Assembly (NCBI GenBank): GCA_964014485.1
Contig: CAXHAT010000008.1
Location: 6,958 to 70,957, forward strand
Length of the DNA: 64,000 nucleotides
Direction: 5' to 3'
From: an uncultured Deferribacteres bacterium
Lineage (GTDB): Bacteria > Zhuqueibacterota > Zhuqueibacteria > Zhuqueibacterales > Geothermadaptataceae
In this document: positions 19,003 to 27,477 of the stretch, in pieces
How the letters are laid out: the number at the start of each line of letters is the position of its first letter
Position numbering within the stretch: position 1 is the stretch's first letter
The notes under the pieces: model-generated
Seen by the model: only the letters and a program-made list of their open reading frames with translations
The model's database searches: none
What the model was told of the DNA's origin: nothing
Program-made: the position numbers and the translations under genes

Positions 19003-19716
19003 ATGTCACAAAACAAGAACCAACTTGAACTGGATGAGCTGAAGAACCTTGTCTTCAGGATTTCTCACAGCTTGAAGTCTCCGCTTGCCTCCAGCGAAGG
19101 CTTACTGGATATTCTTGAAAGCGAGTTGGCGGATCAGCTTTCCGAAGATCAAAAAAAATATATTGCCGGCGTTCGGACGAATATAAGGCTGGTGAATCGC
19201 ATGGGGGAAGATTTGGTGGAATTTTGCCGCGTCGGCGAAGCCAGATCGGCCTACTCCGAATGTTCATTACAAGAAATTGTGACCGCCCTCACCGAAACAG
19301 TCAATTTTTCTTACCCTCAGAAATCAATTGCCTGGAAAATTCCGCGGCAACTTCCAAACGTCTATTGCGATAGTGGCGACTTGGCGACCGTTTTTGAAAA
19401 TTTGTTGAACAACGCGGCAAAATACAGCCGCCCTGAAAATCAATGCATTGTAGAAATAGAATTTCAAGAACTGCCCCGGTTTTACGCATTTCATGTTCGC
19501 GACAATGGAATTGGCGTTAGCCCGAGCGAGAAAGAAAATGCTTTTGAACTTTTTCATCGCGGGAGCAATGTTGGCCAAATTGAAGGCACAGGATTGGGAT
19601 TGGCCATTTGTTCTCGAATCATCAAGAAATACGGCGGATTCATGTCGCTTAAACCGCGACGAAAGTATGGCGTCTCCGTTTCCTTTACCCTGCCCAAAGC
19701 TTCAGCCGCATCTTAA
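19003..19716 (+). CDS. Sensor-less histidine kinase-like protein (HisKA + HATPase_c)
   Basis: ISHSLKSPL H-box, NLLNNAAKY N-box, DNGIG, GTGLGLAI; alternative start at 18958. Confidence 0.85.
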   Translation: MSQNKNQLELDELKNLVFRISHSLKSPLASSEGLLDILESELADQLSEDQKKYIAGVRTNIRLVNRMGEDLVEFCRVGEARSAYSECSLQEIVTALTETVNFSYPQKSIAWKIPRQLPNVYCDSGDLATVFENLLNNAAKYSRPENQCIVEIEFQELPRFYAFHVRDNGIGVSPSEKENAFELFHRGSNVGQIEGTGLGLAICSRIIKKYGGFMSLKPRRKYGVSVSFTLPKASAAS

Positions 19717-19874
19717 GAAATCGCTGATTTCTCGCCTCGTAGAATAACTTTCTCACTGTTCCCTGCAGCAGCGGACGAATACCAACCGCCTGATTTTTTA
19801 CCTTACCTCGCCGCCTGATTTCTGCATTCCGCACGGATGAACCTATTTTACATGATGATGATCAAAAAAATCGC

Positions 19875-20007
19875 CAGGCAAGGACGCTTTTTCGGCGGTA
19901 AATGATCTGCCCCTGCGCTGTGTATCGCAACACCCTTTGAAACCTTGGGTTAACGTCTTCTGTGAGAGACGTCCGTTTTAGCGAGAAACTCAGCGCCGCC
20001 TTGCCTG
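19875..20007. ncRNA. Candidate structured RNA or structured repeat (unassigned)
   Basis: Closing stem CAGGCAAGG/CCTTGCCTG, further stems CGCT/AGCG and TTTTCG/CGAGAA, internal hairpins TGCG..CGCA, CCC..GGG, ACGTCT..AGACGT. Confidence 0.35.
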
Positions 20008-20055
20008 CTTTAATTCTATAACCGCTTATTTAAACGATAAAAGACAGGTGAAATA

Positions 20056-20514
20056 ATGAAAAAAGTATTTTTCATCGCTGCGGCGTTTTTGTTCTCCTGC
20101 AAAGGGCCAAACGGCGTGCAGGAAATTACGATTCTCGCGAACGAAATGGAAAGAACGGCCGGAACAAGAATTATTGACGAAGGCGTCCTGGTTCACGGCT
20201 CAGGAGTGACTTCTGAAGACGGTGTGACCGTTAAAATCCCGTTTCGCGATTTCAGCGTTTCCGGGCGTTTTAAGAATTCGAACAAAGGCCAAACCGAAGC
20301 GCCGATGTTAAAAGTTTTCATTCAAGGCCAGGAAGTGACTTCACAATCTGTACAGGATTCTGAATTCGTAGACTATAATTTGGGGTCGTATAGCGACGCA
20401 GGCGACTTTTTGACGCTCATTCTGGCAAACGACGGCACCGTACGCGATAGCACCAATACAATTATCGCAGACGTAAACGTGACCATACAGAGCTTGACCT
20501 TCAAAATCAATTGA
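20056..20514 (+). CDS. Lipoprotein with a possible CBM60-like carbohydrate-binding module
   Basis: Lipobox LFSC; P-x-L-x-V-x-I-x-G and ND..D-x-N-V-x-I patterns reminiscent of CBM60; RBS AGGTG. Confidence 0.55.
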   Translation: MKKVFFIAAAFLFSCKGPNGVQEITILANEMERTAGTRIIDEGVLVHGSGVTSEDGVTVKIPFRDFSVSGRFKNSNKGQTEAPMLKVFIQGQEVTSQSVQDSEFVDYNLGSYSDAGDFLTLILANDGTVRDSTNTIIADVNVTIQSLTFKIN

Positions 20515-20556
20515 CGGGTCAATCTTCGAAATTGCAGAAAATCTCAATTTGAGAGT

Positions 20557-20592
20557 AAACCCCGTTTGCCTGAAAAAGCGACGGGGTTTTTT
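20557..20592 (+). terminator. Rho-independent terminator
   Basis: AAACCCCGT..ACGGGGTTTTTT. Confidence 0.75.
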
Positions 20593-20664
20593 ATTGCATC
20601 CGAATTCCAATACCGCTACTTTTTGACATTACTGAAACATCCGCACACGCTTCAGGAATGTCCT

Positions 20665-21750
20665 ATGAAAATCGCGTTTCTCGATAGTTTTTACGGCGGT
20701 TCGCACAAGAACTTCCTCGATGGTCTCATTAAGTACAGCAAGCACGAAATTAAGCCGTTCGTGTTGCCCGCCCGATTTTGGAAATGGCGCATGCGCAGTT
20801 CCGCCATGTATTTCGCCGATCAATTTTCAAAAGAATTCAGAAAATTCGATCTCGTCGTCTCGACCGACATGATGAATCTGGCGGAATTTAAAGCGCTTTC
20901 CGGCTATTCCGGCCCGACGATTCACTTCCTGCACGAAAATCAGCTCACCTACCCGCTTCCTGGCCACGATACTTACGAACTGCATTTTGGCTTCATTAAC
21001 ATGGCATCGGCAATGGCGGCGGATCTGAACCTATTCAACTCCAATTTCCAATACAGAGAATTTTTTCAGGAACTGCCGAATCTTATCAATCGCATTCCTG
21101 AGTTTTTCCCGATTGACGCAGCGGAAAAGATTCGCAACAAAAGCCGCGTCATTTATATGGGCTGTGATTTTACACATTTCAAAAACGCGAAGTCGCCCAA
21201 AAACAAAACGCCCATCATTCTGTGGAGCCACCGCTGGGAATTTGATAAGCAGCCGCACGTTTTTTTTAAAGCGCTTTACACGCTTGCCGAACAAGGCGTT
21301 GATTTCAAATTGATTATTCTTGGAGAGAATTTTCAAATTCACCCCAAGGAGTTTCTCGAAGCGCGCGAACGACTTTCAGATCGCATCATTCGCTACGGTT
21401 TTGTTGAAAGCAAAGAAGACTATGCCCACTATCTCAATTTGGCCGATATTTCTCTTTCAACCGCGAAGCAGGAAAACTTTGGTTTTGCCATTGCTGAAGC
21501 CATGTATTGCAAGACGATCCCTCTGCTGCCCAACCGCTTATCCTACCCCGAACTTCTTGAACCGCGTTTCCACGACCGATTCCTTTACAATGACGACATC
21601 GAACTCGTCACAAAGCTCCGGGAATTGCTGAACGATTATCGATCCTACGATGACGTGCGGCGCGAACTATCGGATTCCATTGCCCGATTCACCTGGGAAA
21701 ACCGCATCGACGATTTTGACAAGACATTTGAAGAAGTCGCCGCAAAGTAA
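20665..21750 (+). CDS. DUF3524/GT-B glycosyltransferase, homolog of GTDC1 (QTMAN, tRNA-queuosine alpha-mannosyltransferase)
   Basis: FYGGSH, LPARFWKWRMRSSA, HENQLTYP, FNS, HRWEFDK, STAKQENFG..EA, PNRLSYPE; start reset to ATG 20665. Confidence 0.85.
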   Translation: MKIAFLDSFYGGSHKNFLDGLIKYSKHEIKPFVLPARFWKWRMRSSAMYFADQFSKEFRKFDLVVSTDMMNLAEFKALSGYSGPTIHFLHENQLTYPLPGHDTYELHFGFINMASAMAADLNLFNSNFQYREFFQELPNLINRIPEFFPIDAAEKIRNKSRVIYMGCDFTHFKNAKSPKNKTPIILWSHRWEFDKQPHVFFKALYTLAEQGVDFKLIILGENFQIHPKEFLEARERLSDRIIRYGFVESKEDYAHYLNLADISLSTAKQENFGFAIAEAMYCKTIPLLPNRLSYPELLEPRFHDRFLYNDDIELVTKLRELLNDYRSYDDVRRELSDSIARFTWENRIDDFDKTFEEVAAK

Positions 21751-21754
21751 AATT

Positions 21755-21838
21755 TGGAACAACGGAATAGCGGATTAATGGAATGTTGGAACCTCGTTTT
21801 CATCAATCCAATATTCCACGAATCCAGCAACCCATTTT
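21755..21838. repeat. Inverted arrays of degenerate 8-bp repeats (TGGANNNN / NNNNTCCA)
   Basis: TGGAACAA CGGAATAG CGGATTAA TGGAATGT followed by TCCAATAT TCCACGAA TCCAGCAA. Confidence 0.7.
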
Positions 21839-21920
21839 CCGTTGCCTGCTCGCACTTGTGCCTGAACGCCTGTATTTTGTAACACAAATGTCACGCAATC
21901 AAATTGAGAGAACATATACA

Positions 21921-22811
21921 ATGACACGTCAAAAGAAATTTCTTTTGTTCCTGGCCGCGCCTTGGCTTTTGCTTGTGCAGTCCGGGTGCGATATTGATCA
22001 CGGCCTGGCTCCGATCACGACAAAAATTCGCGGCAAGGTCGAATTCTCCGGCCCGGCTCCGTTGGGAAATGTTTCGGAAGTTCGAGTCGCCGCCGCCAAA
22101 ATTTTTCCGCCTGTTAATCTCACATCTGATCTTCTCTACAGCAATCAACTCGAAATTAATCGCGACACTTCGCGGACAGATTCTTATATCATCGACTTTG
22201 AGATTTCAGCCACGGAAGGAGAGTATCCGGCGGTTGGCGTGCTCTGGCGCGAGGGCGGCAAGTCGTGGGAGATCACCAATATTCTCGGACTTTACACTGA
22301 TCTCGGCAGCTTGGGCCCGAAGCCCATAACCGTAACAGCGGAAGGACAAAGCGAAGAAATTCTTATTCCGGCGGATTGGGGACTCTCGCACCGCACGGCT
22401 TTTATTGAGGGTGACATCCATTTCAAGGGCGAATGGCCGGCGGACACGGAATTGCTCGCCGCCGCCAGCTTCCCGATTATTCCGAATCCAGACAATCCAT
22501 TCGATTTTCTCACGCTGCAATCGCTCAACATCGCCATTCCGACCTTCGTTGACGGACCGATTCCGTACCGTCTGCGCGTTCCCGTGGGCACGCACAAATT
22601 TATCTCCGTTTTCTACAAAGGCCGCAGCGGCGGGCTGTTTGACATCCGCGCCGTTGGCTTCCATAGCTGCCCGGACGATTCCACCATGCCGCGCGCCGTC
22701 ACCGTCGGACACGAAGAAACTGCTTCGGACATCGACATTATCGTCGATCTTGAAAGTTTGCCTGCCGGGGCAAGATATTCGCTTGAAGGCGGAGAATGCG
22801 GCAGTCAATGA
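21921..22811 (+). CDS. Lipoprotein with two repeated beta-sandwich domains, probable partner of the TonB receptor
   Basis: Lipobox QSGC followed by DIDHGLAP; internal repeat IRGKVEFSG / IEGDIHFKG. Confidence 0.7.
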   Translation: MTRQKKFLLFLAAPWLLLVQSGCDIDHGLAPITTKIRGKVEFSGPAPLGNVSEVRVAAAKIFPPVNLTSDLLYSNQLEINRDTSRTDSYIIDFEISATEGEYPAVGVLWREGGKSWEITNILGLYTDLGSLGPKPITVTAEGQSEEILIPADWGLSHRTAFIEGDIHFKGEWPADTELLAAASFPIIPNPDNPFDFLTLQSLNIAIPTFVDGPIPYRLRVPVGTHKFISVFYKGRSGGLFDIRAVGFHSCPDDSTMPRAVTVGHEETASDIDIIVDLESLPAGARYSLEGGECGSQ

Positions 22812-22955
22812 CAAATCAGTTTTTTCTCTGGATACGCTATTTCAGTATGATAATTTGAGGTTTTTAGCAAAGCAAGAATTCGGCGGAACAATTTCAGCAA
22901 AAATCGTTTTGCCGCCTAATTGTTCTGCCAAAGAAATAGACTAAAGGCTATAAAA

Positions 22956-25217
22956 ATGAATTTTGGAAAAATCAGCTCTTTGAAAGGCGTTCTCGCCTTT
23001 TTGATTTTAATCCCATCCCTTGCGCTCGCCCAACCTACCGGCACATTGCGCGGGAAGGTGGTCGACGCCAAGACGGATGAGACTTTGCCCGGCGCAAACA
23101 TCGTCATCGACGGCACTTATCGCGGCACGGCTGCGAACGGCAAGGGCGAATTCAGAATCCCCGGGCTCGAGTCAGGCGGCTATGATCTGCGCGTCAGTTT
23201 CATCGGTTATGAAACTAAAATCGCGGAGATTTTTATCTATCCGGATTCGTCCCACAATGTCAACATTGCGCTTGAGCCGGGCGCGTTGCAAATGGGCGAA
23301 GTTATGGTGACGGCTTCGCGGCAAGTAGAAGAAGTATCGCAAACCACGGTCAGCGCCAGCGTGCTTACGAGTGAAGCCGCGATGATCCGAAACTCCTTGC
23401 GGCTCGACCAGGCGCTGGAAAGCGTGCCCGGCGTTAATCTCATGGCCGAAAACGTCAACATTCGCAACAGCACCGGCTATACGCGCGGACTCGGCAGCCG
23501 CGTGCTCATTCTGCTCGACGGCGTGCCCGTACTCATCAGCGATTTCGGCAATATGAATTGGGACATTCTGCCGGTGACGGACATTTCGCGCGTTGAAGTG
23601 CTCAAGGGCCCGGCCTCCGCAATCTACGGCTCGTTCGCTCTTGGCGGCGTGATGAATGTCATTACTCACAGGCCGACATACGACGGCAAATTTTCCATCC
23701 GAACTACTGCCGGGCTATACGACAAACCTTACTACAAAGAATGGGAATGGACGGATCGCACGCTGAATTTTAACCGCACGGACGTCAGCTACTCGAAGCA
23801 AGTCGGCAAATTCGGTTTCCGCTTTGCCGCAGGACGGCACTACTCGACGGGCGACCGGGTCAATCGCCATTTCACGCGTTGGAACGGCTCAGGCAAAATT
23901 ATTTTCACGCCAAATCGAAAATCCGAGCTCACGATGTGGGGTTCATACGCCCGCGATCGTCGGGGCGAGTTCGTCTGGTCGAGCTTCGACAATCCCTATC
24001 TCGTCGACCCTGAATTTGAGGACTTTTCGCTTTCGCTCGACGCTTATTCGTTTTACACGCTTTATCGTCACAAATTCAGCAACGTTTTCGAAGTCAACGC
24101 GCGCGTTTCCTATGTGCGGCAATTGACCGGCAATCAATTCAAAGTCGAGGGTGATTTTCAACCGGCGCAAGGGCCGGGCGCGAATGTTTATTTTCAGATT
24201 AGGCCGCACCGCACACTCGACTGGACGACGGGCGTTGATTATAAATTTGACTACGCCGAGCAACGGCATTTTGGCAAACACACGGCGTACACGCTGTCGC
24301 CTTATTTCCAGCAAGTCTGGCAGCCGAACGAGCGTTTCAAACTGACCGTGGGCGCGCGCTACGATTATTACAATCTCCTGCCCGCCCCCGAAATTCAAGA
24401 TCAGTTTTTCAAGGCCAAACCAATCATCAACCCGCTGCCGGACGGCCAAACCGAAGATCATTTTAGTCCGCAAATCGGTGCGAGCTACCGCTTTTTTGAC
24501 AACACTGTTTTTCACATGGCCTTCGGCACGGGCATACGCATCCCGTCCCTTGCCGAGCGTTTCATGAGCTTCACTATTCCCATCGAATTTCGCGGCAACT
24601 CGAATCTTGTCACTGAAAATTCACAATCCGTGGAGGCGGGAATACGTCAGGATATTGGCGGGGCGGTGCATTTTGAAGTTACGGCGTTTTCAAATACTTA
24701 CGAAAATCTCATCGAGCCGGTTTACGTCGCGGACATCAGCAGCTTTTTTGCCACGCTGATCAACATTCAGCAAGCGCGCATCAACGGCGTTGAGTTTGGC
24801 GCGAAATTTAGCTTTTTTGATAATATTTTTGCGCTCAAAGGCTCGACCACTTTCACCGATCCGATCATCCAGTTGCGCGGCGATCACCCCGGCATTCAAT
24901 TGCCGTTTGAAACCGGTGATTATTTGAGTTACCGTCCCAAACTCATCGCCTACGTTTCGCCGGAACTCAATCTCGGCCCGGTGCAATTGGCAGCGGACTT
25001 CAGCTACGCCTCCAAGCTCGACCGCGTGCAAGTACAAGTTTTCAAAGACGATCCCCGCGTGGCGAAAAAGCAGCTCGATGTACGCGCTTCCTGGCGCATC
25101 AGCAATTTGATGATCCAAGCCATCGTGCGTAACGTCTTGCACTACAATTATACCCTGATCGAGCGCAATTACAACGAAGTCAGAAACGCCGCGCTTGCGT
25201 TAAGGTGGGATTATTAA
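22956..25217 (+). CDS. TonB-dependent receptor with N-terminal carboxypeptidase-regulatory-like domain
   Basis: GKVVDAKTDETLPGANI, VMVTASR, plug LESVPGV..NIR..RVLILLDGVP..RVEVLKGPASAIYGSFALGGVMNVIT, barrel ending in WDY. Confidence 0.92.
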   Translation: MNFGKISSLKGVLAFLILIPSLALAQPTGTLRGKVVDAKTDETLPGANIVIDGTYRGTAANGKGEFRIPGLESGGYDLRVSFIGYETKIAEIFIYPDSSHNVNIALEPGALQMGEVMVTASRQVEEVSQTTVSASVLTSEAAMIRNSLRLDQALESVPGVNLMAENVNIRNSTGYTRGLGSRVLILLDGVPVLISDFGNMNWDILPVTDISRVEVLKGPASAIYGSFALGGVMNVITHRPTYDGKFSIRTTAGLYDKPYYKEWEWTDRTLNFNRTDVSYSKQVGKFGFRFAAGRHYSTGDRVNRHFTRWNGSGKIIFTPNRKSELTMWGSYARDRRGEFVWSSFDNPYLVDPEFEDFSLSLDAYSFYTLYRHKFSNVFEVNARVSYVRQLTGNQFKVEGDFQPAQGPGANVYFQIRPHRTLDWTTGVDYKFDYAEQRHFGKHTAYTLSPYFQQVWQPNERFKLTVGARYDYYNLLPAPEIQDQFFKAKPIINPLPDGQTEDHFSPQIGASYRFFDNTVFHMAFGTGIRIPSLAERFMSFTIPIEFRGNSNLVTENSQSVEAGIRQDIGGAVHFEVTAFSNTYENLIEPVYVADISSFFATLINIQQARINGVEFGAKFSFFDNIFALKGSTTFTDPIIQLRGDHPGIQLPFETGDYLSYRPKLIAYVSPELNLGPVQLAADFSYASKLDRVQVQVFKDDPRVAKKQLDVRASWRISNLMIQAIVRNVLHYNYTLIERNYNEVRNAALALRWDY

Positions 25218-25230
25218 CGACTTGTCAATG

Positions 25231-25263
25231 AAAGGAACTCGCAACTGTTAGTGAGTTCCTTTC
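25231..25263. terminator. Hairpin between convergent genes (probable bidirectional terminator)
   Basis: AAAGGAACTCGC..GTGAGTTCCTTT. Confidence 0.55.
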
Positions 25264-25339
25264 GAAGTTCTCCCCGAGAAATGGCCGCCGGTTTCGTCGT
25301 GGCTCTTCCCAAATTTACACCTACGAGCGTTTTTTCGGA

Positions 25340-26761
25340 TTATTTGAGAAAAACCATCGAGCGTACGGATGAGTAAGCGCCGACGGTAATTCTATAAAAG
25401 TACAACCCGCTTGTAAAACCTGCTGCGTTCCAGCGCGCCGTGTGACGCCCGGCTTCGAAACGGTCGTTGGCGATAACCGCGACTCTTTTGCCACGCAAAT
25501 CATATAATTCTATGATGACGTTCGCAGCATCGGGCACATCGAACGGAATAAGAGTGCTCTGGTTGAAAGGGTTGGGGTAATTTTGATGGAGTCTAAACTC
25601 ACTCGGCAAACTCTCGCGTTCGTCCTGCGAAACGGAAGTTGTAAGAAAAGTTTTAGCCGCCTTAAACAGGGCTGGGGCGATGATATAGACGCTGTCAAAA
25701 TCGTCCTGGTTGACCAAAACGCTGACGCTGATCCCGGTTGCAGGCGAGTAGGCGATGATCGATCTGAGCCCGGGCAATGAGCCAGTGTGTCCCCAGAGTT
25801 CTTCTCCCTCAAAATTAAATCGCATGGTTCCCAGGCCGTAGCCCGTCCATAATGGATAGTAGGAAACCGGCGTGACTTCCCTTAATTCGGCAAGTGAGGC
25901 GGCGTTCAGAACTTTACCGCCGTGGAGTGCTTCGGCCCAGTTTGCCAGGTCGGTTGCCGTAGAAATGACGCCCCAGCTCGAATACGGGTTCGCGCCGATC
26001 TGTTCACTCAAATCATCGACTTTGCCGTCCCCGTCACGATCCAGCCAATAATGCACTATTTTGCCGGTAACTTCTTCAACAGCCGGGAAAAATGAATTTT
26101 CGAGTTCAAGCGGCTCGAAGAAACGATTCCGTATTTGCTCCGAAAAGGTTGAGTCTGCGGCAGTGTCGCTGATCATCTCTAACAAAATGTAGTTGGTGTT
26201 TGAATACTCAAACCTTGCTCCGGGAGTAAAAACCGGAGACCTGACAAAATTTTCCAATATTTCTTCCTGCGACCATTTTCTGGCCGGATCGTTCCAGAGC
26301 GAGTCCCAAAAAGCCGAATTGTTGGTGTAATTGTAGACGCCGCTGGTATGAGAAAGCAATTGCCGTATCGTGATGTTGGAATTGACATAGGGGAGCTTCG
26401 CCAGCCACCGGTGCAATGAATCTTGCAGCGCAAGCCGTCCTTCTTCGGCGAGTTTTAGAATGAGGGCCGCTTTGAACGTTTTTGAAATGCTCGCAATCGT
26501 AAACCGCATGTCCGGTTTGAGAATTTCGAAAGGCGATGTGGTGGAAACGCCCGCGGCCCCGGCCCATAGACCTTGCCCCGGCAGAATCACGGCGGCCGAT
26601 ACGCCCATCACATCTTGTTTAAAGCGTTCCCGATGAATGGTCGTTTGCAAAGTTTGGGCAAGTTGCGGGTCAAAATGTTCGCCGCTCTGTTTTGCAAGGC
26701 TAACCTCGATTAAGAGAAAAAGCTTCGCTGCCAAGAGAAATGAAAAAACGCCTGGTTTCAT
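25340..26761 (-). CDS. Secreted serine hydrolase (beta-lactamase/D-Ala peptidase family) with T9SS type A sorting domain
   Basis: SISK (S-x-x-K), LLSHTSG, YSNTNY, GHTG; C-terminal LHQNYPNPFN..SGLYFYRI..MVFLK. Confidence 0.9.
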   Translation of the reverse strand: MKPGVFSFLLAAKLFLLIEVSLAKQSGEHFDPQLAQTLQTTIHRERFKQDVMGVSAAVILPGQGLWAGAAGVSTTSPFEILKPDMRFTIASISKTFKAALILKLAEEGRLALQDSLHRWLAKLPYVNSNITIRQLLSHTSGVYNYTNNSAFWDSLWNDPARKWSQEEILENFVRSPVFTPGARFEYSNTNYILLEMISDTAADSTFSEQIRNRFFEPLELENSFFPAVEEVTGKIVHYWLDRDGDGKVDDLSEQIGANPYSSWGVISTATDLANWAEALHGGKVLNAASLAELREVTPVSYYPLWTGYGLGTMRFNFEGEELWGHTGSLPGLRSIIAYSPATGISVSVLVNQDDFDSVYIIAPALFKAAKTFLTTSVSQDERESLPSEFRLHQNYPNPFNQSTLIPFDVPDAANVIIELYDLRGKRVAVIANDRFEAGRHTARWNAAGFTSGLYFYRITVGAYSSVRSMVFLK

Positions 26762-26764
26762 GGT

Positions 26765-27325
26765 TTATACTTTATTTTGCACTGTGGCGTAAAACTGGCG
26801 GGCATAATCCGTTCGCGGATCATAGTCGATGCTGGTTGCGAACACGTCACGCACTTTCTGGTAGAAGTTCTTTTCAGACGTGCGAATTTTGCGAACGCGC
26901 TCGACGAGTTCATCAAAGTAATTGGTTTGCCGTCCTTCCAATCGCTCGTCGTCCACGACAAAACCTTTGACAATGTATTCACGCAGCGTCTTGGTCGCCC
27001 AAATGCGAAACTGCGTACCGCGATGCGATTTCACACGATAGCCGACGGAGATGATCACATCGAGATTGTAGAAGCTGGTGTTGTACCGCTTCCCATCGGC
27101 GGCAGTTGTCCGGAATTTCCGGATAACTGAATTTTCTTCGAGTTCCCCTTCCCTAAAAATGTTTTTAATGTGCTCGTTGATTGTGCGAACGTTCTTTTGA
27201 AACAGTTCAGCCATTTGCTTCTGCGTCAGCCAAACGGTTTCGTCGTTGAGAACGACTTGAAGGCCGGTTTTGCCGTCTTCGGTTGTGTAGAGAATAAGCT
27301 TGCTTTCCGAGCGAGTTGCAGTCAT
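26765..27325 (-). pseudogene. rhuM: RhuM-family protein, apparently 3'-truncated
   Basis: ETVWLTQKQMAELF, YNLDVIISVGYRVKS.RGTQFRIWAT, IRTSEKNFYQKV; stops at FYATVQNKV, where family members normally continue for well over 100 aa. Confidence 0.7.
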
Positions 27326-27477
27326 GGTTCGCGCCCCCCTTCATTTGTGTTGAGAATGAAAATTTGAATTGTGATAATGTCGCTGTCGGGCGGGTTTCCC
27401 GATTGTTTGACAAACAACATCGGAAAATTTCGAGGAGATTACAAATGAAAAAGCGATTCGTGCGTTGCCGTTTTCGC

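Noticed and set aside
19875-20007. 6S RNA assignment for the structured element
   Set aside because: CCCTTTGAAACCTTGGGTT loosely recalls 6S, but the element is short and branched rather than a rod with a central bubble.
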